Below, one piece after another: positions 37,871-48,619 of a stretch of DNA of 64,000 nucleotides. The notes beneath the pieces are model-generated. The model ran no database searches. It was not told the DNA's origin and saw only the letters and a program-made list of their open reading frames with translations. Each line of letters starts with the position of its first letter. The stretch's first letter is position 1. This stretch comes from an uncultured Acidobacteriota bacterium (GTDB lineage: Bacteria; Acidobacteriota; Terriglobia; Acidiferrales; UBA7541), in contig CAVRAM010000002.1 in NCBI GenBank assembly GCA_963719065.1, forward strand, positions 176,882 to 240,881, given 5' to 3'. The translations under genes and the position numbers were made by a program.

Positions 37871-39173
37871 GGTTTCTCCGTTCGCTTGCGAAAGTTTCGA
37901 GCAATTCGGTCTCGTTGAGCTTCTGTTGATTGCCATCGGCGAGGCGCTTCAATGCGAAGGTGCGGGAGGCTAGCTCTTCGCTGCCAATGATGAGGGCGTA
38001 GCGGGCGCCGAGTTTGTCGGCGAGGTTCAGGGATTTTTTGAATTTGAAGTCTTCGCCGGGCAGCTCGACGGAAATTCCGGCGTCGCGGAGTTTTCGAGAG
38101 ATGGCGACGGCGGCGGGATAGGCTTCCATGCCCATCCAGGCGACGAAAACGTCGAGAGCCGGCAGTTTCGGCAGGTTGCCGCTTTCCTGAATGGAAAGGA
38201 TGGCGCGATCGCTGCCGATGGCAAAGCCGATGCCTTTGGTGGGAGGGCCGCCGAGCATTTCCACCAAGCCGTCGTAGCGGCCACCGCCACAGACGGCGTT
38301 CTGCGAGCCGAGCCCTTCGGCGATTACTTCAAACGTGGTGCGCGTGTAGTAGTCGAGGCCGCGGACGAGGCGCCAGTTTTCCTGATACGTGATTCCGCGC
38401 AGGGCGAGTTCTTTTTTCAGACCGGCGTAGTTTTCCTTGCAGGCATCGCACAGGTGATCGGCGATGCGCGGAAGTTTGGCGATGATTTCCTGCTCGTTCG
38501 GGATTTTCGAATCGAGCACACGCAGAGGATTGGTTTCGATGCGGCGCTGGCTGTCCGCTCCCAGCTGATCTTTCACTTTGCGCAATTCTTCGCGCAGGAG
38601 TTCGACGTAGGCGGGGCGGCAATTCTTGTCGCCGATCGAGTTGATGTAGAGCGTGGTGCGCGTAAGGCCGACGCGGGCGAAAAAGGTCATCAGCATTTCG
38701 ATCACTTCGGCGTCAATAGCGGACGCGTCGGATTGGCCGAGAACTTCGGCGCCGATCTGGTAGAACTGGCGATAGCGGCCCTTTTGTGGGCGTTCGCGGC
38801 GAAACATCGGGCCCATGTAATAGAGCTTCACGTTGCCTGGAAGCGTGTGCATGCCGTGCTCGATGTAGGCGCGCATGGTACTCGCGGTCGCTTCGGGGCG
38901 CAGCGAGATGAGATCGGGAGGATCCGCCGCGGCGTCCGCAGAGCTTGAGCGGTCGGCGAACGTGTACATTTCCTTCGAGACGATGTCGGTTTCGCCGCCG
39001 ACGGAGCGGGCGAAGAGCGAAGTCTCCTCGAAAATCGGGAGGCGGATTTCGCGGAAATTGTAGCTTTCGAAGGTGTCGCGCGCGGTGCGTTCAAACCAAT
39101 TCCACAACGCGGAATCGGGCGGCAGGATGTCGCGTGTGCCTTTGATGGCGCGAAATTGTTTTTTCTCGGGCAT
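37863..39173 (-). CDS. hisS: Histidyl-tRNA synthetase
   Basis: IKGTRDILP...MYTFADR...FRRERPQKGRYRQFYQIG (HisRS motif 2) ...GGGRYDGL. Confidence 0.93.
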   Translation of the reverse strand: MPEKKQFRAIKGTRDILPPDSALWNWFERTARDTFESYNFREIRLPIFEETSLFARSVGGETDIVSKEMYTFADRSSSADAAADPPDLISLRPEATASTMRAYIEHGMHTLPGNVKLYYMGPMFRRERPQKGRYRQFYQIGAEVLGQSDASAIDAEVIEMLMTFFARVGLTRTTLYINSIGDKNCRPAYVELLREELRKVKDQLGADSQRRIETNPLRVLDSKIPNEQEIIAKLPRIADHLCDACKENYAGLKKELALRGITYQENWRLVRGLDYYTRTTFEVIAEGLGSQNAVCGGGRYDGLVEMLGGPPTKGIGFAIGSDRAILSIQESGNLPKLPALDVFVAWMGMEAYPAAVAISRKLRDAGISVELPGEDFKFKKSLNLADKLGARYALIIGSEELASRTFALKRLADGNQQKLNETELLETFASERRNRA

Positions 39174-39199
39174 GATCGTTGTCGCGGAGGCTGTACGCT

Positions 39200-39718
39200 T
39201 CAGACGGACGGCTCGCTTTTGTAAATCTCCTTATATTCAAAATAATTCTGCGCGTACCGGTCGATAGAGGCTTGATCTTCCGCCGTCAGCGGGCGTTTTA
39301 CTTTTCCCGGCGAGCCCATCACCAAGCTGCCGGCGGGAATTACCGTACGCTCGGGAATCAGCGTGCCGGCGGCGACGATGCTGCCGGTGCCGATCACTGC
39401 TCCATTGAGAATGATGCTGCCCATGCCGATCAGGCAGCGCGACTCAATGGTGCAGCCGTGCAGCGTGACGCTGTGGCCGACGGTGACGTTGTCGCCCAGC
39501 ACCAAGGGATTGGTGTCACGCATGACGTGAAGCACGGAGCCATCCTGCACATTGGAACGCGCGCCGATGCGAATGTAGTGAACGTCGCCGCGGATGACGG
39601 CGCAGGGCCAGACGCTGGAATGCTCGCCGAGCACAACGTCACCAATGATGACCGCCGCGGGATCCACATAGGCGCTGGCGGCGATCTGAGGCATACGTCC
39701 GCGATAGCTTCGAATCAA
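39200..39718 (-). CDS. Gamma-class carbonic-anhydrase-like / left-handed beta-helix (YrdA/PaaY family) protein
   Basis: IRSYRGRMPQIAASAYVDPAAVIIGDVVLGEHSSVWPCAVIRGDV...GSVLHV hexapeptide repeats. The start is uncertain: TTG 39718 with GGGGGA upstream is preferred, with alternatives at ATG 39694 or ATG 39763. Confidence 0.8.
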   Translation of the reverse strand: MIRSYRGRMPQIAASAYVDPAAVIIGDVVLGEHSSVWPCAVIRGDVHYIRIGARSNVQDGSVLHVMRDTNPLVLGDNVTVGHSVTLHGCTIESRCLIGMGSIILNGAVIGTGSIVAAGTLIPERTVIPAGSLVMGSPGKVKRPLTAEDQASIDRYAQNYFEYKEIYKSEPSV

Positions 39719-39772
39719 TGCACGTCCCCCTCGAGTGGGTTCGCTGCGGATGCGGCAAAACACTTCCGAAAC

Positions 39773-40636
39773 TTACAGAATCTGCACGACCGGGCCGGTG
39801 CTTGCGGCGTTGACGACTTCCAGGCGCGCGATCAGATTACGAGCCACGTTGAAAATACTTTTGCCGCCGGGCGCATCTTCGCCGAGCGAGGCGACGGGCT
39901 TGCCGGTGTCTCCGCCGATGCGAATCTGCGGATCGATTTCAATTTCGCCGAGAAACGGAATGCCGAACGTCTGGGCCATGTGCTGGCCTTCGCCGTGGCC
40001 GAAGACGTCGATGCGTCCGCTGCAATGCGGGCAGGCAAAATAGCTCATATTTTCAACGACGCCGAGAATTTCGACGTTGACCTGGCGGAACATTTCGACG
40101 GCTTTGCGAACGTCGGCGAGAGCGACGATCGAAGGAGTGGTGACGACGACCGCGCCGGTGACGGCAACGGACTGGATCAGCGAGAGCTGTACGTCGCCGG
40201 TGCCCGGCGGCAGATCGACGATCAAGTAATCGAGCTCGCCCCATTGCACGCTGCGAAGAAATTGCTGAATCACGCTGTGGAGCATGGGACCGCGCCAGAC
40301 CAGCGGCTTATCGCCGGGATTCAGCAGGCCCATCGAAATCATTTTGATTCCGTGCGCGGTCACTGGAACGATGGTCTTTTCGTTGATGGCGCGGGGCTGC
40401 TCGGTTGTGCCCAGCATCACCGGAACGTTTGGCCCGTACACGTCCGCGTCGAGCAGGCCGACCGTGGCGCCGAGAGTTTTCAGCGCTAACGCAAGATTCA
40501 CGGCGACGGTGGTCTTGCCGACCCCGCCCTTGCCGCTGGCGACGGCGACGAGATTTTTCACTCCGGCGATGGGCGGCTTCTTTTCGAGCGTTTGCGGGCC
40601 GGCGGGCCCATGTGTGTGTCCTGGTGCGGGAGGCAT
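39773..40636 (-). CDS. apbC: Mrp/ApbC/NBP35-family Fe-S cluster carrier ATPase
   Basis: VAVASGKGGVGKTTVAVNLALAL (deviant Walker A), the CPHC motif (YFACPHCSGRIDVFG), and no N-terminal DUF59 domain. Confidence 0.88.
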   Translation of the reverse strand: MPPAPGHTHGPAGPQTLEKKPPIAGVKNLVAVASGKGGVGKTTVAVNLALALKTLGATVGLLDADVYGPNVPVMLGTTEQPRAINEKTIVPVTAHGIKMISMGLLNPGDKPLVWRGPMLHSVIQQFLRSVQWGELDYLIVDLPPGTGDVQLSLIQSVAVTGAVVVTTPSIVALADVRKAVEMFRQVNVEILGVVENMSYFACPHCSGRIDVFGHGEGQHMAQTFGIPFLGEIEIDPQIRIGGDTGKPVASLGEDAPGGKSIFNVARNLIARLEVVNAASTGPVVQIL

Positions 40637-41036
40637 CCTGGTCCTTTATGTGTGGAACGCCGATTCAGGCGCGACGTTACGCGCAAAAGCGAACTGTAAT
40701 GATAAACCGGTGCGGAGCGTGCGGCAAGGCGGGCGCGGGAGGGTGCGGGCGATACGGGCGGCGACGTGGAGTGGCTGGCTGGGCGGAGCAGCAATCCTGC
40801 GGGTGACAAACGAGCATCCAAATTACGTGAGCCAAAGATGCGGTTGCGCGCGAAGCGAGGAAACGGCAGCGCCGGGCGACTTTGCAGGAAACGGGGTAGC
40901 GGATACAATAGGATGTGGGATTTTGCGGTGTGTTCGCCGCGATCGCGGTAGGCAAGACTGTCTCAATTCACTGGAAACTTGGGGAGCGGGTCGGCATCGC
41001 GCAGGCAGTGGGCGTGAATGCGTCTAAACCGAAACT

Positions 41037-44000
41037 ATGGACGTAGAAAAGATCATCAATAGCGTCGTCGCGCGGTTCATAGGAACCAAGCACGAGCGAG
41101 ACGTGAAAGCGATTCAGCCCGTGGTTGAATCGATCAACGCGCTCGAGCCGGAAATGAAGAAGCTGAGCGACGAACAAATTGCGGAAAAGACCGCCGCGCT
41201 GCGGAAAGAAGTGCAGGAGCGCGTTGCAGCCCTCGATCCCACCGACCTGAACTACAAAGCACAACTGAAGGAAGCGGTCGACCCCGCGCTGGTTCCTGCA
41301 TTCGCGCTGGTGCGCGAAGCGGGACGCCGGACGCTGGGAATGCGGCATTTTGACGTGCAGCTGATCGGCGGCATCGTGCTGCATCAAGGCAAAATTTCGG
41401 AAATGAAAACGGGCGAAGGAAAAACGCTCGTCGCCACGCTGCCCGCGTACTTGAATTCGCTCACCGGACTGGGCGTGCATATCGTGACGGTGAACGATTA
41501 CCTCGCGCGGCGCGACGCGGAGTGGATGGGTCCGATCTACAAGATGCTGGGGCTTTCAGTCGGTGTGATCGTGCACGATTTGGACGACGTGCAGCGCCGC
41601 GCGGCATACGCAGCGGACATCACCTACGGAACGAACAACGAGTTCGGATTCGATTACCTGCGCGACAACATGAAGTACGAGTTGACGCAATGCGTGCAGC
41701 GCGGGCACCACTTCGCGATCGTGGACGAAGTGGACTCGATCCTGATCGACGAAGCGCGGACGCCGCTGATTATTTCGGGGCCGGCGGAAGAATCGACCGA
41801 CAAGTACGTCCGGATCAACAACGTGATCCCGAAGCTGATCCTGGATATCGACTACACGCTGGATGAAAAGCACAAGACCGCGACGCTGACCGAAGAAGGC
41901 ATTTCGAAGTGCGAAAAATTGCTCGGGCTGAACAATCTGTTCGATCCGGGCAACATGGATATTTTCCATCACGTGCATCACGCGCTGCGCGCGCATGCGC
42001 TGTTCCTGAAAGACGTGGACTATGTGGTGAAAGACGGCGAAGTGATCATCGTGGACGAATTCACGGGCCGGCAGATGCCGGGACGGCGATGGTCGGACGG
42101 TTTGCACCAGGCGGTGGAAGCGAAAGAAGGAGTGAAGATCGAGCGCGAGAACCAGACGCTGGCGACGATCACTTTCCAGAATTATTTCCGGATGTACAAA
42201 AAGCTGGCGGGCATGACCGGAACGGCGGATACCGAAGCGCCGGAATTCGACAAGATCTACAAGCTGGAAGTAGTGGCGATTCCGACGAACAAAGCGCTGA
42301 TCCGCGTGGAAAATTCGGACGTGGTGTACCGCACCGAAGCCGAGAAGTACGAAGCGGCGGTAAACGGAATCCTGCAGGAAGACGGAACGCGCCTGGGCGG
42401 CGTGCGGCAATACTACGAAAGCGGACAGCCGGTACTGGTGGGCAGCATTTCGATCGAGAAATCGGAGAAGATCGCGGCGCATCTGAAAAAAGCGGGCATT
42501 CCGCACCAGGTGTTGAACGCGAAGCAGCACGAGCGCGAAGCGATCATCATTTCGCAAGCGGGGCGCAAAGGTTCGGTTACGGTTTCGACGAACATGGCGG
42601 GCCGCGGAACCGACATCCTGCTGGGCGGAAATCCCGAGGCGATGACGCGGGATTACTTCCTGAAAAATAAAATGGCGCTGCCTTACGCGCCGGCCAGTTC
42701 GGTGATCAATGCGGCGCCGAATACGGAAACGGCGGCACAGGCGGACGCAGCGAACGTGGCGGCGCAGGCAGGACTGCAAGCTCCGACAAACGGAGCGAGC
42801 AGTCAAGCGATGGTGCTGTTCCAAATCGAAGGCAAGATTTTCCAGGTGCCGCTCGAGCAATGGAAGCCGGTGTTCGATCAATTCGCGCAGCAGTGCAAAG
42901 CCGAACACGATGAAGTCGTCGCAATGGGCGGCTTGCACATTCTTGGCACCGAACGCCACGAAGCCCGCCGTATCGACAACCAGCTTCGCGGGCGCGCGGG
43001 ACGGCAAGGCGATCCTGGGTCGTCGCGATTCTTTTTGTCGCTGGAAGACGACCTGATGCGTATTTTCGGCGGCGAGCGGGTGAAGAATTTGATGTTCCGC
43101 CTCGGGATGACCGACGGTGTTCCCATTGAATCGCGATTGATCAGCGGACGAATCGAGAACGCGCAGAAGGCTGTGGAAGCGCAGAACTTCGAAGCGCGCA
43201 AACACCTGCTGGAATACGACGACGTAATGAACAAGCAGCGCGAGACAATTTACAATCTGCGCCGCTCGTTCCTGGAAGGGCGCGATCAGAAAGAATTCGT
43301 TCTGGAACGCGCCGACGCGATTTCGAACGAGCTGGTGGAAACGTATTGCCCGCGCGAGCAACATCCCGACCAGTGGAACCTGACGCAATTCTCGAATGAA
43401 GTGCTGAACCAGTTTGGCTTCGATCCGAAAACGGTGGGCGTGGATTTTGCGACGCTGAATCACGATCAGTTGATGGACGTCATGATCGAAAAAGTTCGCG
43501 CGCGGTACGAAGAGAAGGAAGCGCAATTCAGCGCCCCAACGCTGCGATGGCTGGAGCGGCACATCCTGCTGGACGTGGTCGATGGGCAGTGGAAAGACCA
43601 TTTACTGACGCTCGACCATTTGAAGGAAGGAATCGGGCTGCGCGGATACGGGCAGAAAGATCCGCTGGTTGAATTCAAGAAGGAAGCATTCACGCTGTTT
43701 GACGAATTGATGAACCGGATCGACACCGAAGCGGTGCGCTTTTTGTTTTTGGTGCGGCCGGCCGATCCGGCAGAACCGCGACCTGCTCCGGTGGCGGGGA
43801 CTCGACCGCTGGTGGTGGGCGGGCCGGGAACAACGTCCGGCGGGCCCGAAGCTGCCGCACCCACGACCACGGGCGGGCCGAGACAAGCGACTCCCGCTGG
43901 ACTGTCTCAATTTTCGCCGGAAGAAATTGAGCGGCGGCAGAAGCGGCAAGAAAAGCAAATGCAGTATCAGGCTGGAGCCGCTCCGGTGGAAGCGCCGAAG

Positions 44001-44093
44001 ACGGTGCGAAGCGCGGCAAAAGTGGGCCGCAACGATCTCTGCCCCTGCGGATCGGGCAAGAAATACAAGAAGTGCCACGGAACCGAAGCTTAG
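41037..44093 (+). CDS. secA: Preprotein translocase ATPase SecA
   Basis: 1018 aa. [34 protein letters not shown] (Walker A), [19 protein letters not shown], and the C-terminal zinc finger [14 protein letters not shown]. Confidence 0.95.
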   Translation: MDVEKIINSVVARFIGTKHERDVKAIQPVVESINALEPEMKKLSDEQIAEKTAALRKEVQERVAALDPTDLNYKAQLKEAVDPALVPAFALVREAGRRTLGMRHFDVQLIGGIVLHQGKISEMKTGEGKTLVATLPAYLNSLTGLGVHIVTVNDYLARRDAEWMGPIYKMLGLSVGVIVHDLDDVQRRAAYAADITYGTNNEFGFDYLRDNMKYELTQCVQRGHHFAIVDEVDSILIDEARTPLIISGPAEESTDKYVRINNVIPKLILDIDYTLDEKHKTATLTEEGISKCEKLLGLNNLFDPGNMDIFHHVHHALRAHALFLKDVDYVVKDGEVIIVDEFTGRQMPGRRWSDGLHQAVEAKEGVKIERENQTLATITFQNYFRMYKKLAGMTGTADTEAPEFDKIYKLEVVAIPTNKALIRVENSDVVYRTEAEKYEAAVNGILQEDGTRLGGVRQYYESGQPVLVGSISIEKSEKIAAHLKKAGIPHQVLNAKQHEREAIIISQAGRKGSVTVSTNMAGRGTDILLGGNPEAMTRDYFLKNKMALPYAPASSVINAAPNTETAAQADAANVAAQAGLQAPTNGASSQAMVLFQIEGKIFQVPLEQWKPVFDQFAQQCKAEHDEVVAMGGLHILGTERHEARRIDNQLRGRAGRQGDPGSSRFFLSLEDDLMRIFGGERVKNLMFRLGMTDGVPIESRLISGRIENAQKAVEAQNFEARKHLLEYDDVMNKQRETIYNLRRSFLEGRDQKEFVLERADAISNELVETYCPREQHPDQWNLTQFSNEVLNQFGFDPKTVGVDFATLNHDQLMDVMIEKVRARYEEKEAQFSAPTLRWLERHILLDVVDGQWKDHLLTLDHLKEGIGLRGYGQKDPLVEFKKEAFTLFDELMNRIDTEAVRFLFLVRPADPAEPRPAPVAGTRPLVVGGPGTTSGGPEAAAPTTTGGPRQATPAGLSQFSPEEIERRQKRQEKQMQYQAGAAPVEAPKTVRSAAKVGRNDLCPCGSGKKYKKCHGTEA

Positions 44094-44270
44094 GCGCGAC
44101 GCGGTGGTTTCTCGCGTCGGACGCAACGGAATTCGCGTCCGGCGGTGGGTTTGGCCGCGTCCGTCGTGCTTCCCTGCCAAGCAATCTTTCGAGTTTTTCC
44201 CTCTGAACATTTCCGAGCCACTCTGCGTACCTAACGAGCAGAAGGCCCCAATCCGTCTGGAGGATGAACA

Positions 44271-45254
44271 ATGAGCGTGAAAACAGCGATATTACCGGCC
44301 GTGGCGATTCTTGCGATGGGAGCGGCGATGTGCGCCGGGTCCGCGATGGCGGGCGACGATGGACACTTTGATAAGACGTTGACAGTGAGCGGCGCGGTTG
44401 ATCTGGACGTGCAGACCGGCTCCGGCGAGATTGCGGTTCGCACGGGCGACAGCAGCAAAGTGGAAGTGCACGGAAAAATTCATGTGAACAACGGCTGGAG
44501 AATGGGCGACGCTTCGAAGTACGTGCAGGAAATCGAGGCGAATCCGCCGATCGAGCAAAGCGGAAATTCGATTCGCGTGGGACACATTGAAAACCACGAC
44601 TGGAAAAATAACATTTCGATCAGCTATGAAATCGTGGTGCCGGCGCAGACGAAAGTTAAATCGCAATCCGGCTCCGGCGATGAAGTGATCGATGGCGTGG
44701 CGGGTACCGTGGATGCGAACAGCGGATCGGGCAGCCTGAAGGTCACGCACATCGGCAGCGAAGTGCACGTGCGCACAGGATCGGGCGACATCAATCTGGC
44801 GGATATTCACGGCGCGGCGACCACGTCGGCGGGTAGCGGCTCGATTCACGCAGAGGGTGTTGCCGGCGGTTTCACGGCGTCCAGCGGAAGCGGCGATGTG
44901 AAATTGGATGAGACGGCGCCGGGCGACGTGGAGATCGGCACGGGCTCCGGCGAAGTTACCGTGAAGGGCGCAAACGGCGCAGTGAAAGTGCAGACCGGAA
45001 GCGGCGGCGTGAGCGTGGATGGAAATCCGGCGGGCGAATGGAGACTGCGCACCGGATCGGGCGATGTGTCGGTCGTGTTGCCGGCATCGGCTTCGTTCAA
45101 TCTGGTGGCGCACACCGGATCGGGAAGCATCGACAGCTCGCACACGATCGCCGTGCAGGGAAAAATCAGCCCGCGGTCGCTGGAAGGAAAAGTGGGCAAC
45201 GGCGGACCGACAGTTGAGTTGAGCACGAGCTCGGGAAGCATCCAAATTCACTAA
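44271..45254 (+). CDS. DUF4097-like beta-helical repeat protein (secreted/lipoprotein-like)
   Basis: Signal peptide, followed by at least 10 repeats of xGSG(D/E/S)(V/I)x(V/L) spaced about 17-20 aa apart (SGSGDEVIDG, SGSGSLKVTH, TGSGDINLAD ...). Confidence 0.75.
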   Translation: MSVKTAILPAVAILAMGAAMCAGSAMAGDDGHFDKTLTVSGAVDLDVQTGSGEIAVRTGDSSKVEVHGKIHVNNGWRMGDASKYVQEIEANPPIEQSGNSIRVGHIENHDWKNNISISYEIVVPAQTKVKSQSGSGDEVIDGVAGTVDANSGSGSLKVTHIGSEVHVRTGSGDINLADIHGAATTSAGSGSIHAEGVAGGFTASSGSGDVKLDETAPGDVEIGTGSGEVTVKGANGAVKVQTGSGGVSVDGNPAGEWRLRTGSGDVSVVLPASASFNLVAHTGSGSIDSSHTIAVQGKISPRSLEGKVGNGGPTVELSTSSGSIQIH

Positions 45255-45579
45255 ATTATTTTCGACGAAGCAAACGACATCGCCGCGAACGCTTTTGCCT
45301 GGTTTTGTTTTTTGCGCGCCCCACGCGCGAGAAATAGAGCACGGTGAAGGCGGCGCGGCGATGTTGGTGTTTACGCATCATTGACAAACGCGTCGCAGAA
45401 TTTGTGCTACTCTCCTGCCAATTCCGGAACACGTCCACCAAGATTCGTAACCCCAGGCGAGGGAAATCGAGGAAGCGTGAATCAGAGATCGATGCCGGAG
45501 GCGGCGACGTGTGGGCGAATATTCGCTTGAGCCTGCGCGCTGAGTGCGCGCCGATTGCACCGAAACAGGAGATACAAAC

Positions 45580-45912
45580 GTGTCTGCGTCAACTGCATGT
45601 GGCCGGCCTGGCTGTCCGAAGTCGATTCCGATCGCGCTCGCGGAAGCGCGGCTTTGCCTGGATCATTTTCTCGATGAAGCGTTTGTGCGCGCCGACCACG
45701 CGATGAGCAGTTGCCGCTCGGGAAAACGGCTGGACCCGCAGGAAATCGATTGGTTGCTGTCGGATGCGTTGGCGACGGTGCAGAATCTGGAAGCGCAAGC
45801 AGACGCGCCGCAGCCGGAACAGCGCGACCGAATGCTGGAATTGATTTTGAATCTAGCGAATCTGCATGAGTACGCCGCGCAGCAACCATTTCCGCTAAAG
45901 CGCCTGGCGTAG
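45580..45912 (+). CDS. Hypothetical small protein with N-terminal Cys/His cluster
   Basis: The GTG at 45580 is preceded by AGGAGATACAAAC and lies within ORF 45544..45912. The product reads VSASTACGRPGCPKSIPIALAEARLCLDHF... followed by a helical tail. I recognise no family. Confidence 0.45.
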   Translation: MSASTACGRPGCPKSIPIALAEARLCLDHFLDEAFVRADHAMSSCRSGKRLDPQEIDWLLSDALATVQNLEAQADAPQPEQRDRMLELILNLANLHEYAAQQPFPLKRLA

Positions 45913-46060
45913 GCTGGGCTACGGCTTCGCATGCATTTGCCGCGCGGAAATCGCGCGCGGCGTCTGCAGACTTGACCCTTGCTGATGGCGGAACACCCCG
46001 CGACGAGCCGCTTGCTAATGCATCCAATCCCCTGCAAGCTAAGAATTCCTTCAGGCGACG

Positions 46061-46792
46061 ATGTCCGACGAACAAAAACCCGCTGACCCGTTCAAGCCCC
46101 AAGCTCCGCAAATACCGGGCGTGACGAATCGACCGCAGGGCGAGAGTGCCGCGAAATCGAGCGCACCGCGCCTGCCATTGAGCGCGAAATTGCCGCCGAT
46201 TTTGCTGTCGCCGACGTTTTGGATGGCTTCGATTGGGGCAATTGTAGTGATTCTGGCGGCTGCGTTTGGCGTTCGCTGGTGGAACACGGCGCGAACCACG
46301 CACGAAGCGCAAGCTTCGGTGCAGGAAGCTCCGGCAGCGCCGGTGGTGGATCTGGCGCCGCAAGCACCGGTGAATGAAAATCTGCCGTTTGGGCCTGGGC
46401 CCGTGGCGACGACGGCCGCGCTTTCGAAGACTTGGTCAGCGCAACGATTTACGTTTCGCGTGCCGCTGACGGCGGAAAATATTCCCGCCGTAGTGGTGAA
46501 ACTGCCGAGCGGAATTTATTGGGGCGTTTCGTTGCGCGAGCCGTTTGGCAATTGCCAGATGGAATATGTGACAGATCTCGATCGCCTCGATTCTTTCTAT
46601 CACTTTCACGCCGATCATCCGATGATCGCCGACCCGTGCAGCCATGCGGTGTTTGATTTGACGCGCTACGGTCCGGGACCCAACGGAATGGTGCGCGGAG
46701 AAATCGTGGGCGGCGCGGGAGTTCGTCCGCCGATTGCGATTGAGATGACGGTGAAAGGCAAAGACGTGGTCGCCGTAAGAGTGGAAGAGTAG
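46061..46792 (+). CDS. Hypothetical single-pass membrane protein with extracytoplasmic domain
   Basis: 243 aa. A Pro/Ala-rich N-terminus is followed by a TM helix (FWMASIGAIVVILAAAFGV) and a C-terminal domain with two Cys (FGNCQMEYV, ADPCSHAVF). I recognise no family. Confidence 0.6.
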   Translation: MSDEQKPADPFKPQAPQIPGVTNRPQGESAAKSSAPRLPLSAKLPPILLSPTFWMASIGAIVVILAAAFGVRWWNTARTTHEAQASVQEAPAAPVVDLAPQAPVNENLPFGPGPVATTAALSKTWSAQRFTFRVPLTAENIPAVVVKLPSGIYWGVSLREPFGNCQMEYVTDLDRLDSFYHFHADHPMIADPCSHAVFDLTRYGPGPNGMVRGEIVGGAGVRPPIAIEMTVKGKDVVAVRVEE

Positions 46793-46886
46793 AAGTCCCT
46801 CTCACGTCAATCTTCGTACGTTCCTGACGATTCGCTTCCCTGCTTCGACTCATCACGGTTCTGAATTTCTGCATCTACCATAAAAA

Positions 46887-46919
46887 AACGGGCTCAACCC
46901 TGGGAGGAGAGCCCGTTTT
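46887..46919. terminator. Bidirectional intrinsic terminator between convergent genes
   Basis: taAAAAAAA-CGGGCTC-(loop)-GAGCCCG-TTTTgg. An A7 run lies on the left and a T4 run on the right. Confidence 0.6.
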
Positions 46920-46961
46920 GGCCGGCAGAACCGCTGCCGCGGTTATGAATGGTATGAGCTA

Positions 46962-48353
46962 TTAAGACGTGAGCTGTTCCACCGAACGCGCGATCATCAC
47001 CGGCTGATTGGTCGCAGGATCGATGAGAATGAAACCGACGACGCGAATCGAGATCGGATTTGCACCCGTGAGTGCAGACAATCCGCTCAAGTTCATAAAA
47101 TTCGTATCGTTGGTGGTCATGACCGGCAACGGTGACGGAAGCAAGACGCCCGCCGTCCAGTCGTCGGACAAGTTGAATGAGCCGGTGTTTCCGTTCTGAA
47201 TCACGGTGCTGCCCGGAACCCACGAACCGGCCTGGCCCTGACGCATCAGCACGACGCGGTGGACGGTGAGAGTGCTGACGCCGTTGGTGGTGGTGAGCTG
47301 GCCGCCGATTCCCACGCGCTGCCCCGCTGCGAGAGCGGAATTGTTGAAGAGCAGAGTGGTGAGCGGCAGGTTGATGTGTTCGATGTGATATTTTTCGGAA
47401 CCGTTCAGGCTGAGCGTTTCGATCTGGCCATCGGAAAGCCCGTTGATGGCCGGCAATTCGTCACGCACATACAGATCGGCTGCGGTGGCGCCGCCGCTCG
47501 GCGGACGAATGCTGGTGAACAAGCCGCCGAGATAGAAGCTGTCCATGGAGACGACGTCGAGTTCGGATGCGTCGATGCTGTGCGAGACCGGATCGATCGT
47601 GCCGGAGACGGCGACGATGGTGTCGGTAGTGAACGAACTGATCGGCGTGGCCGGATCGTCGAAGATGGTGTTGTCGTCGGTGGTTACGGTCCACTGGCGG
47701 CCGTGCGGACCCTGCATGGTGAAGGTGTTTGCGCCGGTGACGCCGACTACGCCGCCGTGAAATTCGTCGATGGCGACGGCGGAATCGGTGGAATCCTTCA
47801 GCGCGACTTCAAACACTGGGTTCACGCTGCCGGTGACTTGGCCGTTCGCGTCGGTTTGCAACGATTGGCGCAAATCGAATTCCATACGAAGACCGAACAG
47901 ATCGGCGTTCGAGACGGTGACGGGCTGATTCAAATTCACGGTGACGCTCGACTGCGTGAGCGAGCCATTGATGGTGTTGATGGCCGGAGGGTTGACGCTG
48001 GTGTCGATGAAGCTGATGACCGGCGAAGCGATGGTGATGGTGGCCGACGTATAGGTGCCGGCAGGTACGGCGGTCAGGTCCAGCAATTGATGCAAGCCGC
48101 TGAGTTGCGCGAAGTCCACGGTGGCAGGCTGCGAGAGCACGCTGACGTTGGTGCTGCCGTTGTTGAGGGTGATTCCGCTGACCAAAACCTGGCAGGAAAT
48201 CACGCTGGGCAACGGCGCGTCGGTGCCGACGGTATAAATGTTGGCCTGCTGTTGCTGAGGAGGCGTAGAGCTGGTGCCGCCACCGCCGCAGCTAGCGAGC
48301 AAGGCAGTGGAAAGAAAGGCGAAGAACACACCCGTAGCTTTTGTATAACGCAT
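46962..48353 (-). CDS. DUF4382-like lipoprotein
   Basis: Lipobox LLASCGGG. The protein is Thr/Ser/Val-rich and all-beta, with N-terminal 'TDAPLPSVISCQVLVSGITLN...ATVDFAQLSG' as in DUF4382 proteins. Confidence 0.7.
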   Translation of the reverse strand: MRYTKATGVFFAFLSTALLASCGGGGTSSTPPQQQQANIYTVGTDAPLPSVISCQVLVSGITLNNGSTNVSVLSQPATVDFAQLSGLHQLLDLTAVPAGTYTSATITIASPVISFIDTSVNPPAINTINGSLTQSSVTVNLNQPVTVSNADLFGLRMEFDLRQSLQTDANGQVTGSVNPVFEVALKDSTDSAVAIDEFHGGVVGVTGANTFTMQGPHGRQWTVTTDDNTIFDDPATPISSFTTDTIVAVSGTIDPVSHSIDASELDVVSMDSFYLGGLFTSIRPPSGGATAADLYVRDELPAINGLSDGQIETLSLNGSEKYHIEHINLPLTTLLFNNSALAAGQRVGIGGQLTTTNGVSTLTVHRVVLMRQGQAGSWVPGSTVIQNGNTGSFNLSDDWTAGVLLPSPLPVMTTNDTNFMNLSGLSALTGANPISIRVVGFILIDPATNQPVMIARSVEQLTS

Positions 48354-48619
48354 TACGATTCTCCTTAAACGAATGAGGCTTATGATTGCCGGGTCTAGGT
48401 GCCCGAATTGATTGCTGCGAATAGAACCCAGGGGGTTGTGGAAAGTTGCGCGGGAAATGGGGGTTTCGGGTGGGGCCCCAGCCGCGGCGGCAGAGGCCTG
48501 GCGAAAGTGCCGGTTCCCGGCTCGACGCCAGCGAACGCGGTTGGGGCGCGGAAATCAGTGATTCTGGCAGCTTGCGCGCGCGGCGTGACTTGTTTACGAT
48601 TGCGTGCGCGAACTGACGA

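Noticed and set aside
40715-40730. 16-nt exact match (AGCGTGCGGCAAGGCG) to the sequence just left of repeat copy b (18240-18255).
   Set aside because: A single 16-mer match is about what chance predicts for a GC-biased 64-kb window searched against itself. The flanks do not align and the repeat core is absent.
40766-40951. 61-aa basic ORF (MEWLAGRSSNPAGDKRASKLREPKMRLRAKRGNG...) in the secA upstream region.
   Set aside because: It has no RBS and an Arg/Gly/Ser-biased composition typical of random GC-rich frames. It overlaps equally long ORFs on the opposite strand.
48437-48510. Possible degenerate sixth or seventh repeat copy (GAAAGTTGCGCGGGAAATGGGGG...CAGCCGCGGCGGCAGAGGCC) upstream of the Ser/Thr kinase.
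   Set aside because: Only short GC-rich words (GCCGCGGCG, AAGTTGCG) are shared. The hand alignment needs many indels, and the conserved CTACATTGAAA tail is missing.
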